Shown here in pieces: positions 1 through 10,597 of a DNA stretch of 64,000 bases. The first letter of the stretch is position 1, and every line of letters starts with the position of its first letter. Below the pieces are notes generated by a model. That model did no database searches. It was given only the letters and a program-made list of their open reading frames with translations, and had not been told where the DNA came from. Both the position numbers and the translations under genes were made by a program. This DNA comes from Candidatus Methanomethylicia archaeon (GTDB lineage: Archaea; Thermoproteota; Methanomethylicia; CALHIW01): positions 29,673 to 93,672 of the forward strand of contig JAWBQF010000008.1 of the NCBI GenBank assembly GCA_038845975.1, in the 5' to 3' direction.

Positions 1-252
1 AAATGCTTGGTTAGCATCAAGTTCTCCACGTAGAATCTTCATTAAATCCTCTTTTTTAAGTATGAGTGTTGCTGTTGGGGATTGATGTTCACCTTTAACT
101 ACTATTGCCTTATCATTCTTAAACTCTATATAGAATGGTTCTCCATCAGAAACTTTAAATTGAAATATTTTACTCCAACCCCTAATTACCGGGGTAATCT
201 TATCTAGATTTCCCTCCAGATTTTCCTTTAATATACTAAATGGTTCAGACAT
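1..252 (-). CDS. SCP2 sterol/lipid-binding domain protein (runs off the window edge)
   Basis: Not in the ORF track. Hand translation from ATG at 252: MSEPFSILKENLEGNLDKITPVIRGWSKIFQFKVSDGEPFYIEFKNDKAIVVKGEHQSPTATLILKKEDLMKILRGELDANQAF, an SCP2-type pattern (G...P.ATL......L..I..G.LD..QAF). Confidence 0.75.
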   Translation of the reverse strand, partial: MSEPFSILKENLEGNLDKITPVIRGWSKIFQFKVSDGEPFYIEFKNDKAIVVKGEHQSPTATLILKKEDLMKILRGELDANQAF

Positions 253-532
253 AACGTTCCAGGTATATTTAGCTAAACTAATTAATAAACTTCTCTATTT
301 TGCTTGACTTCATAATTTAGATTTGAAGATATATGTAGTTGATAGCTTAAGTTGGCTTCTAGCCGTATGATTAGAATTCATTGATATAGTATTTGTATAT
401 TATTGATTTATCCATAATACTCTTAATGTAGTATTTGGAAGCTTCCATTTCTAGCATAGTACTGTGCAGTTTTAAATGTATAGAGATATATTTGCACACT
501 AGGGATTTAAAGGCTAATAACATCTCTATATT

Positions 533-2242
533 ATGCAGAGTCTTAGTGAAATACCTATTAATGCAGCTCATGGACTTGTAAAGTCGATGGAGGAGTTTAA
601 TGTAAAAATTGTATTCGGTATTCCAGGAGGTGCTGTTCTTCCATTTTTCGATTATCTATATGATTCAAATATAAGGTTTATACTTGTAAGACATGAACAG
701 GCAGCTGTTCATGCAGCAGATGCTTATGGAAGGGTTACAGGTACTCCAGGTGTAGTGGTTGCAACTTCTGGTCCTGGAGCTACGAATCTTATTACTGGTT
801 TAGCTACAGCATATATGGATAGTTCCCCTCTAGTAGCTATTACTGGACAGGTTTCTAGGGATATGATTGGTCGTGATGCCTTCCAGGAGGCAGATATTAC
901 TGGTTTAGCTATGCCTGTTACGAAGCAGGTTTTCCTAGCTGATGATGCTGAAACAGTTCCATCACTGTTTAAACTATCTTATAGATTATCATCGCATCTT
1001 AGACCAGGCCCTATACTAATAGATATACCTAAGGATTTATGGCTTCAACCTATTAAGCAGGTTAGAAATGTAGAGTTTATAGTTAAAAGAATATCTGAGC
1101 CTGATTTAAATCTAGTTATGGAAGCTACAAGTATTCTTCTTAAGGCTGAGAAACCAGTAATACTTGTAGGTGGGGGTGTAGCTATAAGTGGGGTTTGGAA
1201 TGATGTTTTAAGTCTTGCTGAAGCCTTAAATGCTCCAATAGTAACTACGTTAATGGGTAAGAATAGTATTCCATCAATCCATCCATTAGTTATGGGAGTT
1301 GCTGGAATGCATGGTAGACCTGAAGCAAATATTGCTCTTCTAGAATCCGATGTTGTTCTAGTTGTTGGCGCAAGACTATCTGATAGAACAGTAAGTAATT
1401 TCAATTCTTTTAGGAGTGGTAGGAAGATTATTCATCTAGATATTGATGCTAGTGAAATAGGTAAGAATATTAAGCCTGATTTAAGTATTGTTGGTGATCT
1501 ACATAAAAGCATTTCAGAAATGGTTAAGCTAGTATTAAGCAATACTGTTAGGAGAAGTGGATTTATTAGTAGGCTTTACGAGGTAAGGAGGAGGTTTGAG
1601 GAATATTTAGATAGTCATTCTGAACCCTGTTTTAAGCCTTGGAAAGCATTAAAGATAATTCGTCAATCAATCCCATCAAACTCAATAATTACTACAGGTG
1701 TAGGACAGAATCAAATGTGGACTTCTCTTCATTGGACTGTTTTCTCGCCACGTACTTATATTACGAGCGGAGGTCTTGGAACAATGGGTTTCGGTCTACC
1801 TGCAGCTATAGGTGTTAAAGCAGCGTTTCCAGATAGAGTAGTTTTAGATATTGATGGTGATGGAAGCCTTTTAATGACATGTCAAAACCTAGCAGTAATA
1901 TCAGAGGAGAATCTTCCAGTAATAGTTGTTGTATTTGATAATAGAGCTTTAGGAATGATTAGACAGTGGCAATCAGTAATGTTTCGTAGGAGATATATTG
2001 CTTCAGATATAGGCTGTAAAACAGATTTTTTAAAGCTTGCTGAATCATTTGGTATTGATGGGGTTTCACCTAAAACATATAGTGAGCTTGAACATGTTAT
2101 TAGGAGGTACGCTGATTTAAACGAGCCATTACTAGTAGATTTAACAATAGATACTGATGAGCTTGTTTTACCATTTGTTCCTCCTGGAAAATGTTTAAGC
2201 GAGATGATTATGCCTGAAGGTGTAGATGTTAATGTGTGGTGA
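533..2242 (+). CDS. ilvB: Acetolactate synthase large (catalytic) subunit
   Basis: FGIPGG, RHEQAAVHAAD, TSGPGATN, DAFQEAD and ThDP motif GDGS...N; first gene of the ilv operon. Confidence 0.95.
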   Translation: MQSLSEIPINAAHGLVKSMEEFNVKIVFGIPGGAVLPFFDYLYDSNIRFILVRHEQAAVHAADAYGRVTGTPGVVVATSGPGATNLITGLATAYMDSSPLVAITGQVSRDMIGRDAFQEADITGLAMPVTKQVFLADDAETVPSLFKLSYRLSSHLRPGPILIDIPKDLWLQPIKQVRNVEFIVKRISEPDLNLVMEATSILLKAEKPVILVGGGVAISGVWNDVLSLAEALNAPIVTTLMGKNSIPSIHPLVMGVAGMHGRPEANIALLESDVVLVVGARLSDRTVSNFNSFRSGRKIIHLDIDASEIGKNIKPDLSIVGDLHKSISEMVKLVLSNTVRRSGFISRLYEVRRRFEEYLDSHSEPCFKPWKALKIIRQSIPSNSIITTGVGQNQMWTSLHWTVFSPRTYITSGGLGTMGFGLPAAIGVKAAFPDRVVLDIDGDGSLLMTCQNLAVISEENLPVIVVVFDNRALGMIRQWQSVMFRRRYIASDIGCKTDFLKLAESFGIDGVSPKTYSELEHVIRRYADLNEPLLVDLTIDTDELVLPFVPPGKCLSEMIMPEGVDVNVW

Positions 2243-2473
2243 ATATATGTTAAGCATAGATGGTATAGGATCTATAGATACTGTAATTAAAAGCCTTCTA
2301 GTTATTAGGAGGAGTAGACTTAAGTTTAGAAGTGTAGAGGCTACTACTAATGGATATGGAGTTAAAATTAAGATACGTATTAACGGATTAGATGATGAAG
2401 CATCTTGGATTGCTAGAAAAATTGAAAGTATAGCTAGTATTGCTTCAGTACAGCTTTTAAAAGGTGATTGCTG

Positions 2474-2474
<1 letters not shown>
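2226..2474 (+). CDS. Small ACT-like protein, probable acetolactate synthase regulatory subunit
   Basis: 82 aa, overlaps the ilvB stop and ilvC start; size and position fit an ACT-fold small subunit. Confidence 0.6.
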
Positions 2475-3457
<983 letters not shown>

Positions 3458-3554
3458 CCATAAACTCCTATAACATATATTCCACTTAATACTACATCTA
3501 CTATATGAGAATATATTACTTATGTTTATTTAACTGTTTATCTAGTGTTTAATT

Positions 3555-3854
3555 ATGAAGTATAGGATTATAGCTATAGTTAAGGATGTTAAGGGTTATT
3601 GCCCAATTTATAGGGTTAAAGATAGCTTTATAGTTGAGTGGTTCTATATTAAATCTGAATCTTCAAGTAATATATGTATACATGCCTTATCATCAATGCT
3701 AACTCTAATTTCAGCATTTATACATGGATTATCAGCTAAAGATCTCGGTATAGGTTCTGAGGATGATATTGGATATATTCAGTGTCCGGATCCAGGACCT
3801 CCATATACTAAAGGAGGAACTGTAATATTTGAGTTAAGAAGACTGAAAATTTAA
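3555..3854 (+). CDS. TIGR04076-like small Cys-containing protein
   Basis: VKGYCP...ICIHAL...QCPDPG...GTVIFEL pattern. Confidence 0.7.
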   Translation: MKYRIIAIVKDVKGYCPIYRVKDSFIVEWFYIKSESSSNICIHALSSMLTLISAFIHGLSAKDLGIGSEDDIGYIQCPDPGPPYTKGGTVIFELRRLKI

Positions 3855-3974
3855 ACTAGATACTTAGATATTGATTGGCTTATACGGAATCATTAATGGT
3901 AGCTCTTAAAACATTACAGTTAGCAGCTATTAATATCTTAGATATAATACATATGCTATATGAGTGTTTATTCT

Positions 3975-4700
3975 TTATCTAATAGTTTTGTTATTGATTA
4001 TTTGTTTAAGTTCTTTTAATACTGGTATTTCCATCATCATTTCATCTGTTATTAATCTCCAAATTATTCCGCTTGGTCTAGTTCTAGATTTTTCGGTTTT
4101 TATGATTCTTATAGGGGTTACTATGTAGTCTACTGGAACATCAAATTCTTCTTGTGGAATTTTTTCAACTATTTGTAGTTCATGTATTGTTGTTATTATT
4201 GGAGTGTTTTCATCTATTCTACCTAGTTCTCTAAGTATTCCGTATTCAAGTTCACTGTATCCTGACCCTTTACCTATTCTCTCCCCTCTTAGACTTACAG
4301 CTACTGATCCTACTATTTTAATATCTATATTTGGAATATCTCTAAGTTTTAGTTTTTTACCGTGTTTAAATGCTCCATGTATTGTTGAGGCTTCATAGTA
4401 TAGTTTCCTAGGTATATTGTTCGGGTTTAAAATTAGGAATCCCTCCTTAAGTCTAGGAGTAGCCATAATTATGGTTTTACCATCTCTAAGTATAAGTTCA
4501 CGTAGAGGTCTTTGAGGAGAATCTGGATTAGTGAATACTGTTTCAGCCTTAACATATTCTCTTAAGCTTTTAACTAGGTATGCTGCTTTCCCCGCTCCCT
4601 TAAAGTTCGGAATTCTACCTACTATAGGTTTTGGAGGTAATGCTTCACCTTTTTCCTCAAGAATTCTCCATATACTCCTCCTAATATCCTCCTTATCCAC
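3975..4700 (-). CDS. 5-formyltetrahydrofolate cyclo-ligase family protein (archaeal/MTHFSD type)
   Basis: [39 protein letters not shown]. Confidence 0.9.
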   Translation of the reverse strand: MDKEDIRRSIWRILEEKGEALPPKPIVGRIPNFKGAGKAAYLVKSLREYVKAETVFTNPDSPQRPLRELILRDGKTIIMATPRLKEGFLILNPNNIPRKLYYEASTIHGAFKHGKKLKLRDIPNIDIKIVGSVAVSLRGERIGKGSGYSELEYGILRELGRIDENTPIITTIHELQIVEKIPQEEFDVPVDYIVTPIRIIKTEKSRTRPSGIIWRLITDEMMMEIPVLKELKQIINNKTIR

Positions 4701-4992
4701 AAAATCATTCTTACTAGTAATTTTTAAACGTTACTATATGATTAATAATATCTATTCATATTCTATAGGCTTTAAAGAGCATATTTGAAGACTTGCTCTA
4801 TGTAAAATCCAATAAATTCATGGACCTGCTAGCTTAAGTATTTACTCTTCATATCTAAGTTTACAAAGTATGTAGACTCGCATTGTGAACTTAAGCAATC
4901 AATTACATGTACTTCTCATATCTAAGGTTTATAAAGCCCGTAGACTGGTAGAAATACTTATATTCTCCAGTTTTCTTAATACATGGTTCAGT

Positions 4993-6123
4993 ATGAGTCT
5001 TCTAGAAACTCCTCTATGTAGTTTTCATGCTGAACATGGAGCTTTAATGACTGATTTTGCTGGTTGGCGTATGCCCTTATGGTATGAGGGCATTATTCCT
5101 GAGCATCTTGCAGTTAGAGATAATGTAGGGCTTTTCGATGTTAGCCATATGGGTAGACTACTGGTTAAGGGAGTGAACGCTGAGAAAACTATAGATTATC
5201 TAGCTACAAATAATGTTAGGGCTTTACAGATAGGTGGAGCTCAATATACACCTATATGTAATGATAATGGAGGTATAAAGGATGATGTTATAGTCTACAA
5301 GATTCAGCAGGATGAGTTTCTAATAGTTACTAATTCTGTTAATAGATTGAAAATTTATAATTGGATTAATGAACATTTAAAACCTAACGTTGAAGTTAAT
5401 GATTTAACGTTTAATATACTTATGCTTTCACTTCAAGGCCCTAAATCAGTTAATGTATTAAATGATCTAGGATATCTAAATGTTCAAGGTCTTCAGAGAT
5501 TCAGCTTCATAATTGATAGGTTTAACGATTCTAAGCTGTTAATAGCTTATACGGGATATACTGGTGAGAGAGGATATGAACTTATGCTTTGGCTACCTAA
5601 GGATAGTGAGCGGGAAGTATCTGAAGAGTTTACATCTAGACTTATAGATACCGGTGTTAAATATGGCTTAAAGCTTTGCGGTTTAGGTGCTAGAGATACT
5701 TTAAGGCTTGAAGCTGGAATGGTTTTATACGGTAATGACATAGATGAAAATACAACTCCTATTGAAGCAAAGCTTAGCTTTACAGTTAAGCTTGATAAAG
5801 GCGATTTTATAGGTAGGAAGATTCTTGAAGAACAGAGAAGAACAGGTGTTAAGAGAGTTAGAATAGGATTTATATGTGAGGGTAGACAGATTCCAAGAAG
5901 AGATTATAAAATATACTATGAAGGAGTAGAAGTTGGAGTTGTTACAAGCGGTTCATATTCACCAATATTACAGAGAGGTATTGGAATGGGCTATATATCC
6001 CCAAGTCTTGATAAGCCTGGATTATCCATCAATATTCCTATGAGAATACATACAGCAACAGCAGTAATAACTAAGTGGCCATTCTACGATACTAGAAGAT
6101 ATGGATATATGAGAGTAGAGTAG
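4993..6123 (+). CDS. gcvT: Glycine cleavage system aminomethyltransferase T
   Basis: FAGWRMP, GLFDVSHMG, TGYTGERGYE, GLGARDTLRLEAG. Likely start is ATG 4993 (MSLLETPL) rather than 4885. Confidence 0.93.
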   Translation: MSLLETPLCSFHAEHGALMTDFAGWRMPLWYEGIIPEHLAVRDNVGLFDVSHMGRLLVKGVNAEKTIDYLATNNVRALQIGGAQYTPICNDNGGIKDDVIVYKIQQDEFLIVTNSVNRLKIYNWINEHLKPNVEVNDLTFNILMLSLQGPKSVNVLNDLGYLNVQGLQRFSFIIDRFNDSKLLIAYTGYTGERGYELMLWLPKDSEREVSEEFTSRLIDTGVKYGLKLCGLGARDTLRLEAGMVLYGNDIDENTTPIEAKLSFTVKLDKGDFIGRKILEEQRRTGVKRVRIGFICEGRQIPRRDYKIYYEGVEVGVVTSGSYSPILQRGIGMGYISPSLDKPGLSINIPMRIHTATAVITKWPFYDTRRYGYMRVE

Positions 6124-6357
6124 CAATATATCCCTATATACTAAGTAGATCTATAATTTCTGACTACGTATTAGTTGTCTACTTGGCTCTATGAAGTTTA
6201 TACGTGGAAATTATGAGTAGTTAATGCCTAAATAGATAAAGCATATTAGGTAGCTCTATAAATCTTAGATATGAGAAGTACATGTAATTGATTGTTTAAG
6301 TTTATAGACATGTTAAGCTGTAGTAAACCTTATTAATATCTCTTGTAAAGCTAGTTC

Positions 6358-6645
6358 ATGCTTGATTTAGAGTATCAAGTAGTTACGTTTATAATGTTTA
6401 TAGTTCCCCTCTATGTTTTAGCGTTTCTACTATATGTTGTAAGAGTTTTGAAGGGTCCAACAATATCTGATACTGTATTAGCTTTAGATTCTCTACTTTA
6501 CGATGTTGCTGCCTTTACAGCTATATTAGCTTTGTTTTTTAAATCCCCAATTCTAGCTCCAATATCTATAATTATTGCTTTATGGGCTTACGCTACGGAT
6601 ATTTATGTAGCGAAATATCTTGAAAGTAGGGAGATGGGTGATTAA
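6358..6645 (+). CDS. mnhF: Mrp/Mnh Na+/H+ antiporter subunit F
   Basis: RVLKGPTISDTVLALD motif; three hydrophobic segments. Confidence 0.85.
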   Translation: MLDLEYQVVTFIMFIVPLYVLAFLLYVVRVLKGPTISDTVLALDSLLYDVAAFTAILALFFKSPILAPISIIIALWAYATDIYVAKYLESREMGD

Positions 6646-7017
6646 ATGAATTTAGTTAGCTATATAATCGTATTTATTGGTGAGTTTTTACTATTTGTAG
6701 GGGTTATTGGAGATTTGATTGGAGCTTTAGGATTGCTTCGATTTCCTAACTTCTTTATACGTCTTCATGCAGCAACTATAGGTGTAATTGGTGGTGCTTT
6801 CTATCCATTATTAGGAGTTACATTAATAGCTATTGGAGCTGATTTTCTTGGGGTTTATAGATGGTTTATTGCAGGTTCTTCTCTTATTACAGCTTTTCTA
6901 ATCGCTATTCTAGCTCCTACCGGTACTCACGCTCTTGCAAGAGCAACATATAGAGCTAGAGTATCTATACCGTATCCTAAAGTTATCGATCATTTAGAGG
7001 AGGATAGTCGTGCTTGA
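6646..7017 (+). CDS. mnhG: Mrp/Mnh antiporter subunit G
   Basis: GLLRFPNFFIRLHAAT, PTGTHALARA. Confidence 0.9.
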   Translation: MNLVSYIIVFIGEFLLFVGVIGDLIGALGLLRFPNFFIRLHAATIGVIGGAFYPLLGVTLIAIGADFLGVYRWFIAGSSLITAFLIAILAPTGTHALARATYRARVSIPYPKVIDHLEEDSRA

Positions 7018-7264
7018 AGTTATTTTTACTCTTCTTCTAATAATGATTTCCTCGCTTATATCTACTATTGCTGTTTATTTAGCTATTACTGAGCGTAATT
7101 TAGTAAGAGCAGTTCTCTTCTCAGCTTTACAGAGTATGTGTTATGCTTTTCTATACTTTATTCTTATGGCTCCAGATATAGTTTTAGTCTATGTACCTGT
7201 TTCTATCGGTCTATATCCTGCAGCTATTCTATTCCTAATAAGGAAGACAAGGGAGTGTGAGTAG
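7010..7264 (+). CDS. Mrp/Mnh antiporter small subunit (DUF4040/MbhD-like)
   Basis: Hydrophobic 84 aa with the LMAPDIVL motif; inside the operon. Confidence 0.8.
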   Translation: MLEVIFTLLLIMISSLISTIAVYLAITERNLVRAVLFSALQSMCYAFLYFILMAPDIVLVYVPVSIGLYPAAILFLIRKTRECE

Positions 7265-8075
7265 GTTGCTTTTAAGAAGGTTATTAACTGTTTTTGTATT
7301 GATGGTTTTCATTGTTTTAACATCATATACCGTAACTGTTCTTAACGTATTCGGTGAGCTTCCACCTAGAAGTCTTAGACCTCTAGCTTTCTGGTTTATA
7401 AACACATCAATTACTCCGTGGCTTAGCTATTTCAGCGCTATGGCTCCTGAAACGGTTACAGCTATAATTTGGGATTATCGTGGTTTAGATACTCTGTTTG
7501 AAACTGCTGTCTTCTATTTTGCAATAATAGCTAGTATAGCTCTCTTCAGAGGTATTGAGGAGAAGTCTAGTAGAGGTAGGTATGCTGGACTTTCAAAAAT
7601 AGTTAGGGTTGTAAGTAGAATTTTACTTCCAGTTAATATTGCTGTTGCTGCTTCAATAGCTGTTCATGGAACCATAACTCCTGGAGGTGGTTTCCAGGCA
7701 GGTTCAGCTATGGCTGTCGCTCCATTAATCCTTATAATTGTGTTTTCAAGATTCTTTCTTAAGGAGAAGGGTTTATCGAAGAATCTATTAATAGCTTTAC
7801 GTGGAGTTGGACTTGTTGGGATTGGTATAGCATCCATTCTAGTTTTAATTGTAGGTTTATTATCTGGAAGCTATGCCTTCATATTTCAAAACCAGCCTAA
7901 AATAAATGCACCTATAGGTTTACCGTCGGAGATTTTAGGTTTTCCTATTGCTGGTACATTGTTTATTTTTAACATCTTTGAGTTCATAGCTGTTTTTGCA
8001 GGTTTTACTATAATATTTATTCTATTATCAATTCCTGAAGATATAGCTAGGGAGGCTTTACATGATGAACATTAA
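7257..8075 (+). CDS. mnhB: Mrp/Mnh antiporter subunit B
   Basis: VTAIIWDYRGLDTLFE and HGTITPGGGFQAG motifs. Confidence 0.9.
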   Translation: MSRLLLRRLLTVFVLMVFIVLTSYTVTVLNVFGELPPRSLRPLAFWFINTSITPWLSYFSAMAPETVTAIIWDYRGLDTLFETAVFYFAIIASIALFRGIEEKSSRGRYAGLSKIVRVVSRILLPVNIAVAASIAVHGTITPGGGFQAGSAMAVAPLILIIVFSRFFLKEKGLSKNLLIALRGVGLVGIGIASILVLIVGLLSGSYAFIFQNQPKINAPIGLPSEILGFPIAGTLFIFNIFEFIAVFAGFTIIFILLSIPEDIAREALHDEH

Positions 8076-8475
8076 TCTATACATGTTTACATTTACTATA
8101 ATAATTGTATCTTTAATAGTTAATTTAGCATTATCGCTTTACGGTGTTCTAGTAAAGCCGAATATAGTTAAGAAAATAATATCATTAACGATTTTAGGGG
8201 ATTCAGCTAATACCTTCGCAATACTTATAGGTTATCGTGCTATATATCCTGTTTCACCACCTGTCCAATTAAATATTCCTCCAAGTCCTAGCGATGTATT
8301 TCAGCTTACTAGTTTAAGTGTTGATCCATTACCGCAAGCTCTCGTATTAACAGCTATAGTAATAGGATTAGCAGTAAATATCTTCCTTATATTTCTAGCT
8401 ATTCAAATACATAGGCTTTACGGAACTCTAGATATGAGGGAGATAGCTAGGATTAAGGGTGTGGGATATGAGTAA
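8062..8475 (+). CDS. mnhC: Mrp/Mnh antiporter subunit C
   Basis: DPLPQALVLTAIVIG motif. Confidence 0.92.
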   Translation: MMNINLYMFTFTIIIVSLIVNLALSLYGVLVKPNIVKKIISLTILGDSANTFAILIGYRAIYPVSPPVQLNIPPSPSDVFQLTSLSVDPLPQALVLTAIVIGLAVNIFLIFLAIQIHRLYGTLDMREIARIKGVGYE

Positions 8476-8974
8476 ACTATTGAAGGTTACTGTTTTAGCC
8501 TTTATAGTTTTTATAGTTTACATGGTGTTTAGCGGGTCAACAATGCTTTTCGACTTATTGATCGGTATTATTGTTGCTTTTATTACTAGTATGTTTGTTG
8601 CTGATTTTTTAGTTTTGAATCCTAGTAAGCTTCTTAGTCTTAAAAGAATTATAAACCTTATAGTTTATACTCTATACTACTTTACAAGGATTGAGTTTAC
8701 AGCTCACTATGATGTTATTAGGAGGATATTGAATCCTAAGATGCCTATAAATCCAGGTATTGTAAGAGTTCCCTATTATTCTGAAAGCGATTACTCCATG
8801 GTTACTGTTGCAAACTCTATAACTAATACTCCGGGTACTGTTGTTGTTGATTTTGACGAGGTACGTAAAGTATTTTATGTCCACTGGATAGATGTGAAAT
8901 CTATAGATCCTAGGGATACCTACAGCTTTATTGCTAGAACGTTTGAGGATTATGCTAGGAGAATATTTGATTAG
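8459..8974 (+). CDS. mnhE: Mrp/Mnh antiporter subunit E
   Basis: INPGIVRVP, VANSITNTPGTVVVD, YVHWID. Confidence 0.92.
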   Translation: MWDMSKLLKVTVLAFIVFIVYMVFSGSTMLFDLLIGIIVAFITSMFVADFLVLNPSKLLSLKRIINLIVYTLYYFTRIEFTAHYDVIRRILNPKMPINPGIVRVPYYSESDYSMVTVANSITNTPGTVVVDFDEVRKVFYVHWIDVKSIDPRDTYSFIARTFEDYARRIFD

Positions 8975-10588
8975 GTGGTTTTCTTGATCTTATATGTTGG
9001 TCTCCCACCCTTAATGCTTGTTGTTGCTGCATTTATACTTGTTATTTTAACTCTTATAACTAGGAGGAAGATAATATATGATGTTTATGCACTTCTATTT
9101 TCCCTTTCTGCATTAATACTTACCATACTGGTTTTTAAACTGGTTTACGAGGGAGGTAAGCCTGCTATATATTCATTTGGTGGTTGGCCTCCACCAATTG
9201 GAATATTTTATGAGGTTGATTTCCTAGGAGCTTTTCTAGGTGTTGTTGTTGGAGTTGTTATGTTTTTAGTTGTTCTCTATAGTATTTGGTATACTGGTGG
9301 ATTAAGTGGTTTTGAATATTATTATGCTCTTCTTCTAGGTATGGAGGCTGGAATGCTTGGCTGTATATATACTGGTGATGTTTTTAATTTGTTTGTTATG
9401 TTTGAGGTTTTAGCTATATCTTGCTATGGTCTTGTTGGATTCTATAGGTCTAAGCCTGCAGCTGTAGAGGCTGCTATTAAGTATGCTTTAATCGGGGCTT
9501 TAGCTACAACACTATACTTTCTAGGTCTTGTTTTCATTTATGGATCGTTCGGTACGTTGAATATGGCTGATTTAGCTCTTAAATCCCGTATTGGATCTAT
9601 AGGCTATTTTCCATATAGTGGCTTCCCAATATCTGATGTTAGAGTTGGTGGTTTAGTGGCTTTAGCATTGGCTTTATGGGCTTTCACGTTTAAGGCTGCC
9701 CTGTTTCCCAGTCACTTCTGGCTTCCAGATGCTCATCCTGAAGCTCCAACTCCAATTTCAGCTGCATTATCTGGATTGGTTGTTAAGATTGGTGTTTACG
9801 CTACAGTAAGGTTTCTCTATACTATTTTCAGTTCTAACTCATTAATAGCTAAGGGTTTCCTCCAGCTTTCCCCATGGAGTCTCCTAACATACATTCTTCT
9901 AGCTTTAGGATTATTATCAGGTGTTTTAGGTGCTTTACTAATGGCTATACAAATAGATGTGAAGAGGTTGCTTGCATATAGTACGATTAGCCATGTAGGG
10001 CTTATATTTATGGGTATTGCTACAGGTAGTGGTTATGGTTTAGCTGCATCTACATATCATATTATGAATCATGCTCTCGGTAAGGCTCTTCTCTTCATGT
10101 CTACAGGTATTTTAGTAAAGATGTTAAATACAAGAAATCTAGATGAACTAGCAGGATCCGGTAGATTCTACCCTACTGTAACTATAGCTACGATTCTCGG
10201 AATTCTACATATGATAGGTGTTCCCCCATTTAGTGGATTCTATAGTAAGCTACTACTATACACTTCACTGTTTGAGATGGGTGGATTACTATTAGCATCA
10301 AGTATAATCATAGTTTCAGTTATTTCAATTTTCGGCTATGCTAAAATAATCTATAGCTTAATGTTTAAGTCTCCAACTTCAATAGTTAATAAACCACCTA
10401 TAGAGAAGAATAGGTCCGTATCTATTTTAATGTTAATTATTGGATTAGCAACATTCATACTTGGATTATTTGCTGATACAATAATAACAGTTGTTTTCAA
10501 AGTAGCTGAAAACCTATCTGAAAATGGTGTAGCAATATATATTCAGTCAGCCTTAACAGCTATACAGGAGCTTTCCCCAGGTAGTTAG
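8975..10588 (+). CDS. mnhD: Mrp/Mnh antiporter subunit D (proton-conducting membrane subunit)
   Basis: GGWPPPIGI, GDVFNLFVMFEV, HFWLPDAHPEAPTPISA, KRLLAYSTISH. Confidence 0.9.
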   Translation: MVFLILYVGLPPLMLVVAAFILVILTLITRRKIIYDVYALLFSLSALILTILVFKLVYEGGKPAIYSFGGWPPPIGIFYEVDFLGAFLGVVVGVVMFLVVLYSIWYTGGLSGFEYYYALLLGMEAGMLGCIYTGDVFNLFVMFEVLAISCYGLVGFYRSKPAAVEAAIKYALIGALATTLYFLGLVFIYGSFGTLNMADLALKSRIGSIGYFPYSGFPISDVRVGGLVALALALWAFTFKAALFPSHFWLPDAHPEAPTPISAALSGLVVKIGVYATVRFLYTIFSSNSLIAKGFLQLSPWSLLTYILLALGLLSGVLGALLMAIQIDVKRLLAYSTISHVGLIFMGIATGSGYGLAASTYHIMNHALGKALLFMSTGILVKMLNTRNLDELAGSGRFYPTVTIATILGILHMIGVPPFSGFYSKLLLYTSLFEMGGLLLASSIIIVSVISIFGYAKIIYSLMFKSPTSIVNKPPIEKNRSVSILMLIIGLATFILGLFADTIITVVFKVAENLSENGVAIYIQSALTAIQELSPGS

Positions 10589-10597
10589 CTGTAATAT

